From: Octopus sinensis | Taxonomy: Eukaryota | Assembly (NCBI RefSeq): GCF_006345805.1 | Contig: NC_043021.1 | Location: forward strand, 26,474,001 to 26,538,000 | Direction of reading: 5' to 3' | Length of the DNA stretch: 64,000 nucleotides | In this document: piece by piece, positions 37,754 to 50,759 of the stretch | Numbering within the stretch: the first letter of the stretch is position 1 | How the letters are laid out: every line of letters starts with the position of its first letter | Program-made: the position numbers and the translations under genes | Notes under the pieces: model-generated | What the model saw: the letters and a program-made list of their open reading frames with translations, nothing else | Told to the model about the DNA's origin: nothing | The model's database searches: none

Positions 37754-39780
37754 GAAGGAGTTATACCCAATGACTGGTGTAGTAGCATAATAGTCAACAC
37801 TGCTACAAAGGTAAAGGTGACGCCCTAGATACAAGTAATTACAGAGGTATAAAGCTGTTGGACCAGGTAATGAAGGTTATGGAAAGGATCATGGCCCAAC
37901 TGATTAGAGAGAGAGTCAACCTAGACGAGATGCAGTTTGGTTTCGTGCCAGGGAAAATACACCACTGATGCCATATTTCTGGTGAGACAGCTGAAGGAGA
38001 AATACCTAGCCAAAGATAAAACTCTGTACCTGGCTTTCGTTGACCTGGAGAAGGCCTTTGACAGGGTCCCTCGTTCCCTTATCTGGTGGTCAATGAGGAA
38101 ACTAGGGATAGATGAATGGTAAGTGAGAGCTGTGCGTGCCATGTACAGGGACGCTGTTAGTAAGGTGAGGGTTGGCAACGAGTACAGTGAAGAATTCCGG
38201 GTAGAGGTTGGGGTCCACCAAGGCTCAGTCCTCAGCCCCCTCCTATTTATCATAGTCCTCCAGGCAATAACGGAGGAATTCAAGACAGAATGCCCCTGGG
38301 AGCTCCTCTATGCTGATGACCTTGCTCTAATTGCTAAATCACTATCAGAACACGAGGAGAAGTTTCAGGCGTGGAAGCAAGGATTAGAATCGAAGGGCCT
38401 TAGAGTCAATCTAGCTAAAACCAAAGTCCTAATAAGTAGGAAGGTAGACAAATCTCAAACGCCTTCAGGTAGATGGCCCTGCTCGATCTGTAGAAAAGGC
38501 GTAGGTAGGAACTCTATAAGATGCACCAAGTGTAAGCTATGGACACATAGGAGGTGCAGCAATGTCAAAGGAAGGCTAACTGGGAAGATAGTTTTTGTAT
38601 GTGGCAGATGCTCTGGTGCAAAAAACACTGAAAATGCGCAGAGACCATCTTCCGCCACATTCCAGGGAGAAAAACTAGAAGTAGTTGATAGCTTCCGTTA
38701 TCTAGGTGACCAAGTCAGTAGCGGGGGTGGGTGTGCTGAAAGTGTAACTGCTAGAGTAAGAATAGCCTGGGCAAAGTTCAGAGAGCTCTTACCTCTGCTG
38801 GTGACGAAAGGCCTCTCGCTCAGAGTAAAAGGCAGACTGTATAACGCATGTGTGTGAACAGCCATGCTACATGGCAGTGAAACATGGGCCGTGACTGCTG
38901 AGGATATGCGTAAGCTCGCAAGAAATGAAGCCAGTATGCTCCGATGGATGTGTAATGTCAGTGTTCATACCCGACAGTGTAAGTGCCTTGAGAGAAAAGT
39001 TGGACCTAAGAAGCTTCAGATGTGGTGTGCAAGAGAGGCATCTATGCTGGTATGGACACGTAGTAAGAATGGATGAAGATAGTTGTGTGAAAAAGTGCCA
39101 CACCCTAGCGGTTGAGGGAACCTGTGGAAGAGGTAGACCCAGGAAAACCTGGGACGAGGTGGTGAAGAACGACCTTCGCTCTTTAGGTCTCACCGAGGAA
39201 ATGACCAGAGACCGAGACCTTTGGAAGTATGCTGTGTGCGAGAAGACCCAGCAGGTCAAGTGAGGCCATAACCCATGGCCCCTACCTGGGACGTAGTCAG
39301 TCCACCTGTGCATACCTTCCTTCTTGGGACACATAACTCTACTTGTGAAGACCTGTTGAGGCAAGTGAAAATCAAAAAATCAAAAATCAAAGAATCAAAT
39401 CAAAATCGATGAACATCAATGGAATTTGTAGTTTTGTGATACCAGTGCCGGTGGCACATCAGAAAACCATCCGAACGTGGCCGTAGCCAGTACCGCATTG
39501 ACTGGCCTCCGTGCTGGTGGCACGTAACAAACACCATCCGATCGTGGCACGTTAAAAACACCATCCGAGTGTGGCCGTTCGACAGTCTCGTCTGGCACCT
39601 GTGTCGGTGGCACATAAAAAGCACCCACTACACTCACGGAGTGGTTGGCGTTAGGAAGGGCATCCAGCTGTAGAAACACTGCTAGATCTGACTGGCCTGG
39701 TGCAGCCTTCGGGCTTCCCAGACCCCAGTTGAACCGTCCAACCCATTCTAGCACGGAAAACGGACGTTAAACGATGATGA
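37754..39780 (+). mobile_element. RTE-clade LINE, 5'-truncated (RT domain, C-terminus, 3'UTR), about five inactivating lesions
   Basis: EGVIPNDW...SNYRGIKLLD...QFGFVPG...AFVDLEKAFDRVP...GVHQGSVLSPLLF...LLYADDLAL...FRYLG...LHGSETW...WYGHVVRM...GRGRPRKTW. Stops at 38120 and 38855 and frameshifts near 37797, 37957 and 38975. The 3'UTR has tandem repeats and a (GAT)n tail. Confidence 0.95.
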
Positions 39781-39826
<46 letters not shown>

Positions 39827-40210
39827 TCGCCTGGCCCTCGTGCCGGTGGCACATAAAAAGCACCATCCGTTCGTGGCCGTTTGCCAGCTCTGTCTGGCAC
39901 CTGTGTGGGTGGCACGTAAAAAGCACCCACTACACTCACGGAGTGGTTGGCGTTAGGAAGGGCATCCAGCCATAGAAACACTGCCAGATTTGACTGGGCC
40001 TGATGAAGCCTTATGGCTTCACAGACCCCAGTAGAACTGTCCAACCCATGCTAGCATGGAAAACGGACGCTAAACGATGATGATGATGATGATATATATA
40101 CATATATATATACATACATATATATATACATACATATATATATATATATATATACATATATATATGTATATATATATGTGTGTGTGCGTGTGTGTGATAT
40201 ACGTGTGCCA

Positions 40211-40956
40211 GGTGTATTCCAGATGTTTTGAAATTTTCTCAGGAAAGACACTTATTAAGTTCAAAGAAGTACAAAACTCCAATGTCCTTCAAATTAATGT
40301 CCTCTGACTCCAATGCATCTGTTGTAGCACTCCAGCCACTTTGTGAAGGCCACCATGGAAGTTGTCCAAAATGTTGATGTCCAAGACTTTTCTCACAGGA
40401 ACAAAGGTGTGGATAATCTCAATGCCCATCTCTGTCAAGTGGGTGGTTACCAGGATGGCATTGTGGACTGGTGCTGGAGCTCTGACCTTTTGTGGTAAAA
40501 TCTCTTCATGAACTCCTCCAAAAAGTACTCTTTTTTGACCATCTCGCCTGATGGAACCCAGTGGATGCAGATCGTGGTCTTGCTGTTGGAACAGGGGATT
40601 GCAATGAGCTTTCCAATGCACTTGCTTTCCTTGGCCTCTTATGCTGGTGAAAAACAGATGCTCATCTCACAGCAGTCCAGAGCATCTCACGAGTACCTGT
40701 AGCATTTTCACCCAGTTTCACACAGAACTTTGTTGCAAGTTTCCAAATTGTCTTCACATCCCGACTGCATTCTGCAAACTGGTCAGCTCTGACCAACACT
40801 GTTCAAAGTGGTGTCTCCTTCAATGGAATAACAAAAGTTAGTGGCAGGTCAGCTTATTAGATTTATAGTAACAATATGCTATAAATCACTGTAAAATCTA
40901 GAACTGTTATAACTGTCTCTACTAAAAAAAAGTTTCAAAACTTCTGGAATGGCCTT
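40211..40956 (-). mobile_element. Internally deleted mariner transposon
   Basis: Inverted termini ATTCCAGATGTTTTGAAA and TTTCAAAACTTCTGGAAT. Minus remnants KFCVKLGENATGTREML, WVPSGEMVKKEYFLE and AFTKWLECYNRCIGVRG. Confidence 0.8.
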
Positions 40957-41376
40957 GTGTGTATTTATATATATATATAGTTTGTAGAAATACATAAATC
41001 TGAAGAAGCACACCCATATGCATACATACACACATATATACATACATACGTGCATATATATATATATATATCCACCTACATATGTATATATAGTGTATAT
41101 ATGTATTTTCCTAAATGATACATATATGTGTACTCATATGTGTATGTATTCTCCATATGTGTATATATATATATATATATATACATCATCATTCAGCGCC
41201 CGTTTTCCACGCTAGCATGAGTTGGACGGTTTGACTGAAAACGGGAGTTGCACCAGATTTCAATCTATAAAATTATTAGTAACGAGTGTGGGGTACCTTA
41301 TATTACAGGGAAAAACATCAGGATTAACCCCAGATTTAAACTGGTACATACATACATGTATACGTATGTACATGTC

Positions 41377-41419
<43 letters not shown>

Positions 41420-41939
41420 TATATATATATTATATCTATCTATATATAAACCTTCTAATATATATATACTGTATGTAGATACACAAATATATATCGACAT
41501 ATAATACATATTTAAATGCACACAAGCCTAAATATATACACAAAATTTATAAACATTTATTTATAGATTTATGTAAATATATGTATATAAATATACTCAA
41601 GATATATATAAATATACACAAATATAGATATATTTAATTATAGATATAAACGTCGTATGCGTGTGTGCACGTAATTGCACTGTGAATGTGTTATTGTCTC
41701 ATTGTTTCCGTTAATTTGGTGAAGTGCGCGTGTTTTATACGTAGTGTTTATGCTGTTGTATACTATATTATACAGACCCAAACACATACATACAGCAGGC
41801 GTATATATCTCCGTTTGTGTCCATGTTGTAAATGCAATTGAGTGTGTGTGTGTGTGCGAGCGCGCGTTGTGCGTACGAACACCTGCTTTCCTTATAAGGA
41901 ATATATCAATGCTTTCTTTGTCCCGTAAACTATAGATCA

Positions 41940-42968
41940 GATCCGTTTCTCTAGTTTTGTTGTGTGTGTTTTTTTCCCTTCTTAACTCCTCGACTCACTT
42001 CTCTCGTAGCAACGACGTCGTCGTCGTCGCCTGGAATCAGCGGAGCCCAAAGAACCAATTCCAATTTTTGACCAGATATAGTCCGTTGTGAATCAAAAAC
42101 ATTACGCTGCAAGAAGCGAAAAAAAAAAAAAGCCTAGAAAGAAAAGGAGGAATAAGAGAAAGAAAAAAGTTCCCTTTAGTATCACAAACGGGTGCCCCTA
42201 TTTTTGCTCCTTTCGTGTGTTTATAGTCAACGACTTTTCCTCTTTTCTTCCTCCATCGTTTTTCTTCTTGTTTAAATTTTTTGTCTTCGTATTCTCTCCT
42301 CTTTCTCATGTTCACTGGTGGTTATTCCACTTTCTACTTCAATTCAGTCCGTGATGAGGATGTAAAAAGCAAAACAACCAAAACAAAAAAAGCGTAACCA
42401 ACAACAAAAAACAAAAACCCCCAACAAGAACCTGTTAATGAGAACAGCCATTGGTTATTGTTCTCACGATGTCAGATGCAAATGCGATTTCCCACGAGTG
42501 TCCGTTTCACGTCCCCTCCCGCACAACTAGGTTAGTAGTGTATGAAAAAATGTAGCGGCGGCTGGAAGGCCACAAATCTTTACTCTCTCAGCACACATCG
42601 TGGAAGAATAACAACAACAAGAAAAAGTAGTTATTTGTTGTTGTGGGTTGGTGGTTGCCTTATTTACCGTTTGTTTTTTGCCTTCAGTTGTTGGGGGTCT
42701 CTTCCGTTGGCGGTGTGAAGAAGAGGTCAACTTGGTTAAAAGAAAGCTTTTTACTACGAAGTGTCAACAAAACACAACACACTGTTCTAGTGTGTTGTGT
42801 TTTGTCGTCACCAACTTCACATTTACTCCTGGACTATCTATCGATTATCGCCCTCATTACTATTAAAATCCTACTGAAAATAATAATAATAATAATCAAC
42901 GGCTGTCTTGTATAAAAGCTCAGAAAACTTGTTAATGACATGGAATATTTAATTAATCTGCCGTTAGC
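41940..42968 (+). promoter_or_regulatory. CpG-retaining promoter / long 5' leader of an unidentified gene
   Basis: About 1 kb of non-repetitive, CpG-rich sequence directly upstream of an ATG-initiated exon with a strong donor. TATAAAA at 42911-42917. Confidence 0.55.
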
Positions 42969-43001
42969 ATGAATGAAAAAGACCATATGAACACCAGCCA
43001 G
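42969..43001 (+). CDS. Putative first coding exon (MNEKDHMNTSQ), product unknown
   Basis: AGCATGA start, 11 codons and a phase-0 consensus donor CAG|GTAAGC at 43002. No downstream exon was identified in the window. Confidence 0.55.
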
Positions 43002-43378
43002 GTAAGCAGACTCACATTTTCTCCCTCTCTTTCTTCCTCTCTCGTTTCAAACTCATTTGCTTGATAACAGGAGTTCAAACGATCAGACTTGTTACTCAAA
43101 CAAAATAACTACTTCCTTTTGTTGTTGTTGTTGTTTTCGTTATTTCAAAGTTGGAGCTGTCATTTATTTATCATTGTACTTTACTGAATAAGTAATACTT
43201 ATCATCTCTGTGTATATATATATTACATATATGTATGTATGTATGTGTATATATATATATACATATATATATATTACATATATGTATATATATACACACA
43301 CACTCCCAAATATATACTTATACACACATACATATATATATATGTATGTATGTATGTGTGTATAAGTATATATTTGGG

Positions 43379-43431
<53 letters not shown>

Positions 43432-43599
43432 CATATATGTATGTATATATATATTATTTATATTATATATATATATGTTTGTGTATAAATATATATTTGG
43501 GAGTGTGTGTGTATATATATATATATATGGTTGTGTATGAATATATATTTGGAAGTGTGTGTATATATATATATAGTATATACACACACATAGTTTTAG

Positions 43600-44330
43600 A
43601 CAGAACCACCATTCTTTGGTCAGACATTGTGGTCTCATGCTCCAGATGCTCACTTCACCAGGACCCTATTCCTATCCAGTCCATAATATCATTACTTTAT
43701 CTTCATGTCTGTCATCTGCAAGCCTGTTTTCTTCCCATTCTGCGCTCACCCCCACCAGGATATATGCACAGAGGTTCTTGGCCCTCATAATGTAGTATTC
43801 ACTCGCTGAGCTCATCACCACCAGATTACAACCTGTTCCTATAACCAGGGCCGAATACTTCATTCTGTAGGTTGTCCAACTGATTCATATCTCTTATCTG
43901 TTGCACAACTGCATATGGTTCCTCCTTCACACCTGTGCAATACTGCTGGTCAATACTGGGTCTTTTGAAGTTTTAGCTAGATGCTTTTGTCGAGGGTACA
44001 AGTCTTTTCATATTCCGTATTGAATGACTTGACAGCAGATGTCCCTGCGCAAGACTTGTTCTGCTTTCCTTGCTGAAGACTGCTGTTTGGTCGACAGTGG
44101 AGCCCAGGTACCTGAACTTGTCAATCTAGACAAACATGACCCCTTGCTATCTGTTGTATGGTAAGCTGCTGTGGTTCCATGGCTTCTGACATGGTCTTGA
44201 ACTGTTTGGAGTTGATCTCAAGTTGAAACTTGGTAGAGGCTCCACTAACTTTATTTATCAGTCTCTGGAGCTCAACCATTAAGGTAGTGACCAGCACAAT
44301 GCCATCACCATAAAGAATATTATTTTTTGG
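43600..44330 (-). pseudogene. Old RTE/BovB-like LINE RT C-terminal remnant
   Basis: NILYGDGIVLVTTLMVELQRLINKVSGASTKFQLEINSKQFKTM (YADD region) and LDKFRYLGSTV, with many stops. Confidence 0.7.
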
Positions 44331-46029
44331 ACACTGTCTGCTGAGTGACCCGAGGTCATCTGCTGGCTGCACACTGTCCGCTGAGTGACCCAACTGAGGT
44401 CATCTGCTGGCTGCCACATCACCTGTTTGGAGTGGAAATTAAAGCAGATGGCTGAGGCAAAACAACTATGTTGAACTTCTTTCTCAACGCTAAAACTAGC
44501 CCCTAAACTCACATGAGCCCTCACACTCACTTGTTGACCAAGTTTACTGTCTCTGCAGTATGTTGACAATACGTAAACACACACACACACAGACATAGAC
44601 ACATACATACACAGACACACGTGTGATCGACCAGACAGTGGATGTTGTTATACATCACTGGTCACAATGCACTTTGCATCATTTTAGCTTTCGAATGAAG
44701 CCCCTTCCACTGGCCAACTGTCCCCTATGATTAGAAGGCTAAGTTCATTGCAGGGTTACCCATTTACAGCTGAATAGAGTGGGGTAACGTGAAATGAAGT
44801 GTTTTACTCAAAGACACAACTCCCAGCCAGTCTGGGAATTGAAATCACGATCTCATGATCCCGAATGCAACATGCCTAACCACTCTGCCATGTCCCTTCG
44901 TATTACACAGACACACACATAAATGAAAACCATCCAAAAGAACTCCAAGTGGCCAGGATCATGAATGTGGACAGCAGAGATGAATAAAGTTATGTTAAAT
45001 TCTATAATTGAGGAATTCCTAATTTAATGAAAATAAGTTACCTTAGGCACAGGTGTGGCTGTGTGATAAGAAGTTTGTTTCCTAACCACATGGTTCTCAC
45101 TCCAATCCCACCATGTGGCACCTTGGGCATGTGTCTTCTTCTATAGCCTTGATCTGACCAAAGCATTGTGAATGGATTTGGTTGACAGAAACTGAAAGAA
45201 GCCTGTGTGTTTGTGCCTGTGTTTGTCCCTCCCCCATCAACTGTTAGACAACCAGTTTTGTTGTGCTTACCTCTCTGTGATCTAGTAGTTCAGCAAAAGA
45301 GACTGACAGAGTAAGTACCAGGTTGTTTTTAAAAAAATATACTGCGGTCGATTCATTTGACTGAAAATTCTTCAAGGTGGTGCTCCAGCATGGCCACAGT
45401 CTAATGACCTAGACAAGTAAAAGAAAAAGAAATACCTTTTTGCTATTGTGACCAGATCTGAATGAGAAGGGGACAACACCTCCAGATTCAAGATTTTCTG
45501 AAATTGACCTGTCATCAGAGTAGAGTTTGATTTTCTGGAGACAAGTGGTCAGTTGTGGACATGTGTTCCTCCAGTTAGACTTATTGTTGCTTTATTTTAT
45601 CAATAATCAACTCTTCCATTTTCCCTTTTTGATTTCTAAAGACTTGTTTTTAAGCTGTTGTCATTGAGATCGGGTTCCCCCGTCTTGTGTTCATAGAATC
45701 AAGGCATTTCAGATTATGAGTGAAGTTAAAATCTGGCAGTTTTCCCTGTACCCATTTGATACTGTGTGCTTCCCCTTCTTCAGACTCCCTCATGGGCAGG
45801 AAGAATAGGGGACATTACACACCTCTGCAACAATGTTGAACCTGTTTGGGTTCCTAACTTTGGTTCATTCTTAGCGACAAGTTTTCTGGTAAAGTGGTTT
45901 GCTTGGTGTCCTTTTAGTAGATGAGCTTAGCACAAAACATAAAGATTTTCAAAAGAGATTCTGCTGTCAAAAGGGAAGATTTGTCTACTGCTCAACCTTC
46001 TGCTCTTGAATCCTACTTTTTGGTTTCAG

Positions 46030-46450
46030 GCAAGTAAAGAACCCCCAGGGACAAACAGCAAAGTTATTCGATGGTAGTTGCTGCAGTTACTTAGATTTCC
46101 TTTCTTAGACAATGCAATTATCACTCCATCACCTCACTTCAGGCTTCAATGACTGACCCTTTTAGTTGCAAAAAAAAAAAAAATATCCCAAGCCTTCTGC
46201 TGTGAAATCTCTCCCATGCTTAAGCAGTTCTACAGTCATCACATCTAACTTGCTGTTCTTCAGGTGATGAATAATTCTTCCATTGAGATGTCTTCATCTG
46301 TCACCTGTGATCCATCAAAGGCCTCTCTTGGATGAGGATGGAGAGTCCACCCATTTGGTCAATTACTCTTTGCTCATAAGCAACATCTGACCATCTTTAT
46401 GCTTTAATCAGCTCTCATGAAACACTTCTTGCTTCTTCAGCTCTTTCACA
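46030..46450 (-). pseudogene. Old LINE RT N-terminal remnant, possibly the same element as 43600-44330
   Basis: DISMEELF...DVMTVELLKHG and IALSKKGNLSNCSNYHRITLLFVPG match RT subdomains 0 and 1. Confidence 0.65.
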
Positions 46451-48559
46451 ATTCTCTACAGACATCAAGTGGCACTTCTCATTGCCTTTTCTTCCACCTC
46501 CTTTTGCCTTTCACCTCAAGCTATATCCTCTGGCCACCCCACCTACGACTCATTTCCATTTATTCTTTCCATAGATGTCTCTACTTTCTGTCTTTGTTGT
46601 TTCCATTTGCATACATTCTTTGCTTGACCCTTTTTTTTTTTGTTTTTACTTTTTACACCTGTCAGTGGTCAGGTTCTGCAAGGCTGAAGAGATCCATTAA
46701 TCCTGGATATTGGTGCATGTCATGATGATGAGTCCACTGTCTCTCATAATCAAATTCTTCATCACCATTTCAAGGAATCTGGCCCAAGTTTCTGCCTGCT
46801 CGTCACAGCCTGTCTTTGTCATTTGTATCTTCCTCAGTTTCAAGCAGATCCATCCAACTCCCAGACTCCACTTTTCTACCAATATCAGCTCCATAGGTGC
46901 AGACATCTTTCAAGGATGAACACCATCTTGCACAAATGCTGATGCAGCGATCTCATTTCTGATGGTATCTTGCAACAAACTCCTTGTAGTTTTGTGGTTA
47001 TGCTTCTGAGCAAAAAACACATTACTGGTCCTGGAATCCACAGCAGTTGCCCAGTACCAGCAGCCCTTTACTGTTGTTGGTAAAACCATAAAGCTTCACT
47101 ATGAAGAATAATCCCCACCTGTGGTTGTCCAGTTAAGCATTGGAGCCACCCTTCACCCATCAAGGGTTATGACTTTGGCCATTATTTCAAGTTATGACTA
47201 CCCTGCTTTACATGAGATCCAGGTTCAGTTGGTGTTGGCTGACAGTATCTGGAACTGGCCCCTATTCAGGGTAACAAATTCCCATTCACCTCTAGACATT
47301 GAAATTTGGTTTGCATATTTATCCATCATAGTTCCAGGCCTGTGTGGAGACAGAAGGATGGAGTGCAAGGTTGGCTGCTTTGCTTTCAGTTTTCAAATTG
47401 CTTCAGGAATGAATAGATTTAATCATTTGTTAACAAGGCAATGAGGAGTTGGCTCATTTGCTACCACAATTATGAATGGGTGGAGCTAGAGTTAAAGGTC
47501 GAGCTAGAGTTAAAGAACACTTGTCTGTCCAGTGCCAAGAACCCGACTGCTCTCAAAAATTAAGTAAAAAAAACAGGAAAAATAATCCAGAATCCTTGTC
47601 TGGTACTGGATTGATCCCAAAGTCTAACCAGCTCATGCCAGTCATGAGGCCAAACATCCCTGACAGTTTCATCTGAATCCATTCAGCAGCTCTTGAGGTA
47701 TCTTGCCCACAGACAAACAAGCAAACAAACAAGCATGACAGAAAACAATACCTCTGCCTTCGCTAATAATAATGAACTAAACGACCTTCCACCCATGCCC
47801 TTTGGCTTGGCAAAAAGAGTTTGACTTAGACACACTCCAATGCACCTATGTACACCTACACCACTCCCTATAAGGCGGACATCCTGCATATAACTATCTC
47901 CCACCCACCCCAGTACAAGCACCCTCATGCAAATTGTACCCCCACATATACACAGACCCCACACACAGTCATTCTACATTACGCACCCCACAACTTTACC
48001 CTTTACAGAAAGAAAACAGACCAACAAACACAGCACTGTATATACCTACACCCCCAGAAAATATTATACATATGACACCGCTACACATACAACACACCCC
48101 ATCCCTGCAGGGACACCACATTATTAATACACACTTTCCCAACTTCAAGATAACTCTTGCTGGCTTCACAACATACCTAACCGAGGGATATAACTCCTAG
48201 CCAAATCCCCCTGGTCCATTTTTTTGTTCCACCACTTTTTTTGCAGTAGCCGCTAACCGGTTGTGCTAATCCAATTGAGAGACAATAGAGAGCATTCGCT
48301 ATATTCCCTTCCATATTGGCTACCTCTCATGAGCGTAAAGTCATATAATCGGATTGTTACCTAACACTCCATTGTATTTTTACATGAAACCAATTGGTAA
48401 GACCAGCTGTGATGGATATTTAATACAATAAAATTCGGATAATATACCCACTCTACTGACAGTTATATGAGTGCATCTTCTCCCAGACTTATGGCCTGTT
48501 AGACAACTCACACATGTATTTATATACAATATATAGAAACTTAGAATGTTTTCAGCCAT

Positions 48560-49185
48560 TATTGGCCCAGGTTATGACTTAATAGCAACACCTGAGGAGG
48601 TCTTTTAAGTCACGTTTTGGGACACCATGGACCATTTGAGCAAAAAGTTGTTGGCTGAGATGTATCTAGGTGTTGTTGGTTTGTTTAGTAGTTCTTGTCC
48701 AGGAACTGTTTGAATGTCATGGGGCTTTGTTAGTACTTCAGTTTCTTTTGGTATAATGTTGAATAAAGCAGGACATTTTGAGGTAAAAAAGTTGTGCCAT
48801 GATCTTATGTGATGTGAACTCTACTTTTGTAGGGGACACACAGCATTGGGCCTTAGCCATAGGCAACTCGTAAACTGATACCAGCATTGTTTGGATGATA
48901 CTGGTGGAATATTTTCCACATTGTACTAGTAATGTAGTCTTTATGACCGAGAGGAGAAAATAGTATAGTGCTCATGGTGGCATTGGGGGAATAGGGTTTC
49001 AGTTTTTTGAGGCAAGCCCAATAATCAAGGTCTGTCGTGCTATTTATGTTTTTTGTTGTGAATGATCTCTGTAATGCTTCAATCCTCATTATATCTTGTT
49101 CTGCGTAAGGGGACCACAATGGGCAGCAGTATTTGAGGTGAGGCCTAGCAAATGTGGAGAACAGAAGGATGCTTGTTTCATACAT
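48560..49185 (-). pseudogene. CR1/Jockey-group LINE ORF2 C-terminal remnant
   Basis: ILLFSTFARPHLKYCCPLWSPYAEQDIMRIEALQRSFT...LDYWACLKKLKPYS. Confidence 0.8.
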
Positions 49186-49409
49186 ATATATATATATATA
49201 TTGGATAATAAAATGAATGGTTTACACCTGATAGCTTACTGGTAAAGCACAGTCACTTTTACAGTGACCGTTATGTATATGGCAAATGGAAGACTAGTTG
49301 AGTCTCTCACCCAATGAGATATATCTGCACTGCCAGATGCTCCTGAACTCTGCTATGTTCTTAACAGTTCATAAATAGCTAATCTATATATATGTGTGTG
49401 TGTGTGGTA

Positions 49410-50705
49410 GTAGCAGAGAACTATATTGGATTGCCAGAAGGGAAGCTAGGAGACAGGTATACTTAGCCAGGGGAGAAGCAGAAAGGAAGAAGTTTGCCAA
49501 TGTTCTGCAGTGTGAGGGCCAAAGGCTTGAGGTGTTTTGGTTTGCAAGACATTGTGTCAGAGGTAATTATGATGTTGTAGGAAAGAAGTGAGTTCACATG
49601 GATGATGGCTCACTTGCAATTAGTGACTCTACATCGAAAGGGCCTTTGAAGGAGGACTATGAAAGGCTGCTAAATGTAGAGAATGCTTGGGAGGGACCAG
49701 CTATCTGAATCAACAGTAGCTTGATAGATAAAACAATTAAGGATATGAAGATATGGAAAGTCCCAGGCTCATCAGGAATCACCACTAAGATGCTTAAAAT
49801 ATCTGGTGGTGTGGGTTATGGTCTAGTCCCCTATATCGTCAATCAGGTTGTCTATGAGGGAGTCATACCCGATGATTGGTGTAACAGCATCATGGTCAGC
49901 TGCTATAAAAGTAAAGGCGACTCCTTGGACAGAAATAATTACAGAGGTATCAGATGATACCAGGTGATGAAAGCTACAGAAAGGGACATACCTCAGTTAA
50001 TTAGGAAGAGAGCTCGTCTGGATGAGATGCAGTTTGGTTTTGTGTCGGGAACAAGCACTACTGATGCTTTCTTCCTGGTGAAGCAACTGCAGGAGAAGCA
50101 TTTCACCAAATATAAACCTCTGTACTTGGTTTTTGTTGACATGGAGAAAACCTTTGACAGGGTCCCTCATCCCCTTATCTAGTGGGCAATGCTGAAGCTG
50201 GGGATAGATGTGTGTGTGTGTGGTGAGAGCTGTACAGGCAATATACAAGGATGAAAGTTGGTAATGAGCATAGCAAAGAATTTAGCGTACAGGCAGGAGT
50301 TCACCAATGATTGATTCTCAGCTCCCTCTTATCATAGTCCTTCAAGCTATAACTGAGGAATTAAAAAACTGGCTGCCCTTAGGAGCTCCTATATACTGGT
50401 GACCTTTTTCTTATTGCTGTATCACTACCAGAATTAGCGAAGAAATTCCAGGTGTGGAAGCAAGGTCTGGAATCAAAGGGCCTTAAACTTAATTTAGCAA
50501 AGACGAAAGTCCTAGTAAGTAGAACTGACAAATCACTGATCTCTTCAGGGAGATGGCCCTGTTTGATATGCAGAAAAGATGTTGATAGAAACTCCATAAG
50601 GTTTATCCAGTGTAAACCATGGACACATAAGAGGTGCAGTGGTATGATGGGGAGGTCAACAGAGAAAGTAGTCTTTGTGACTCTAGGCAACCAAGTTAGC
50701 AGTGA
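49410..50705 (+). pseudogene. Decayed RTE LINE of the same family as 37754-39780
   Basis: EGVIPDDWCNSIMVSCYKSKGDSLDRNNYRGI, LDEMQFGFVSG...DMEKTFDRVP and WKQGLESKGLKLNLAKTKVL...WPCLICRK. Confidence 0.9.
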
Positions 50706-50759
50706 AGGAAAAGAAAAATGTGTAATGGTAAATAATTAAATACAAAAAAAAAAATTTGT

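Noticed and set aside
39447-39620. ~35-bp repeats in the RTE 3'UTR as a CRISPR array
   Set aside because: No unique spacers of regular length and no cas genes. It is a LINE-internal tandem repeat.
44339-44412. Short tandem duplication GCTGAGTGACCC..GAGGTCATCTGCTGGCTGC as a CRISPR-like or functional array
   Set aside because: Only two units, inside a decayed LINE in a eukaryotic genome.
45500-47440. Balanced-composition blocks and ORFs (46417-47444) as host exons
   Set aside because: No consistent splice-flanked open frame. Part is a LINE RT remnant and the rest looks like old unclassifiable retroelement sequence.
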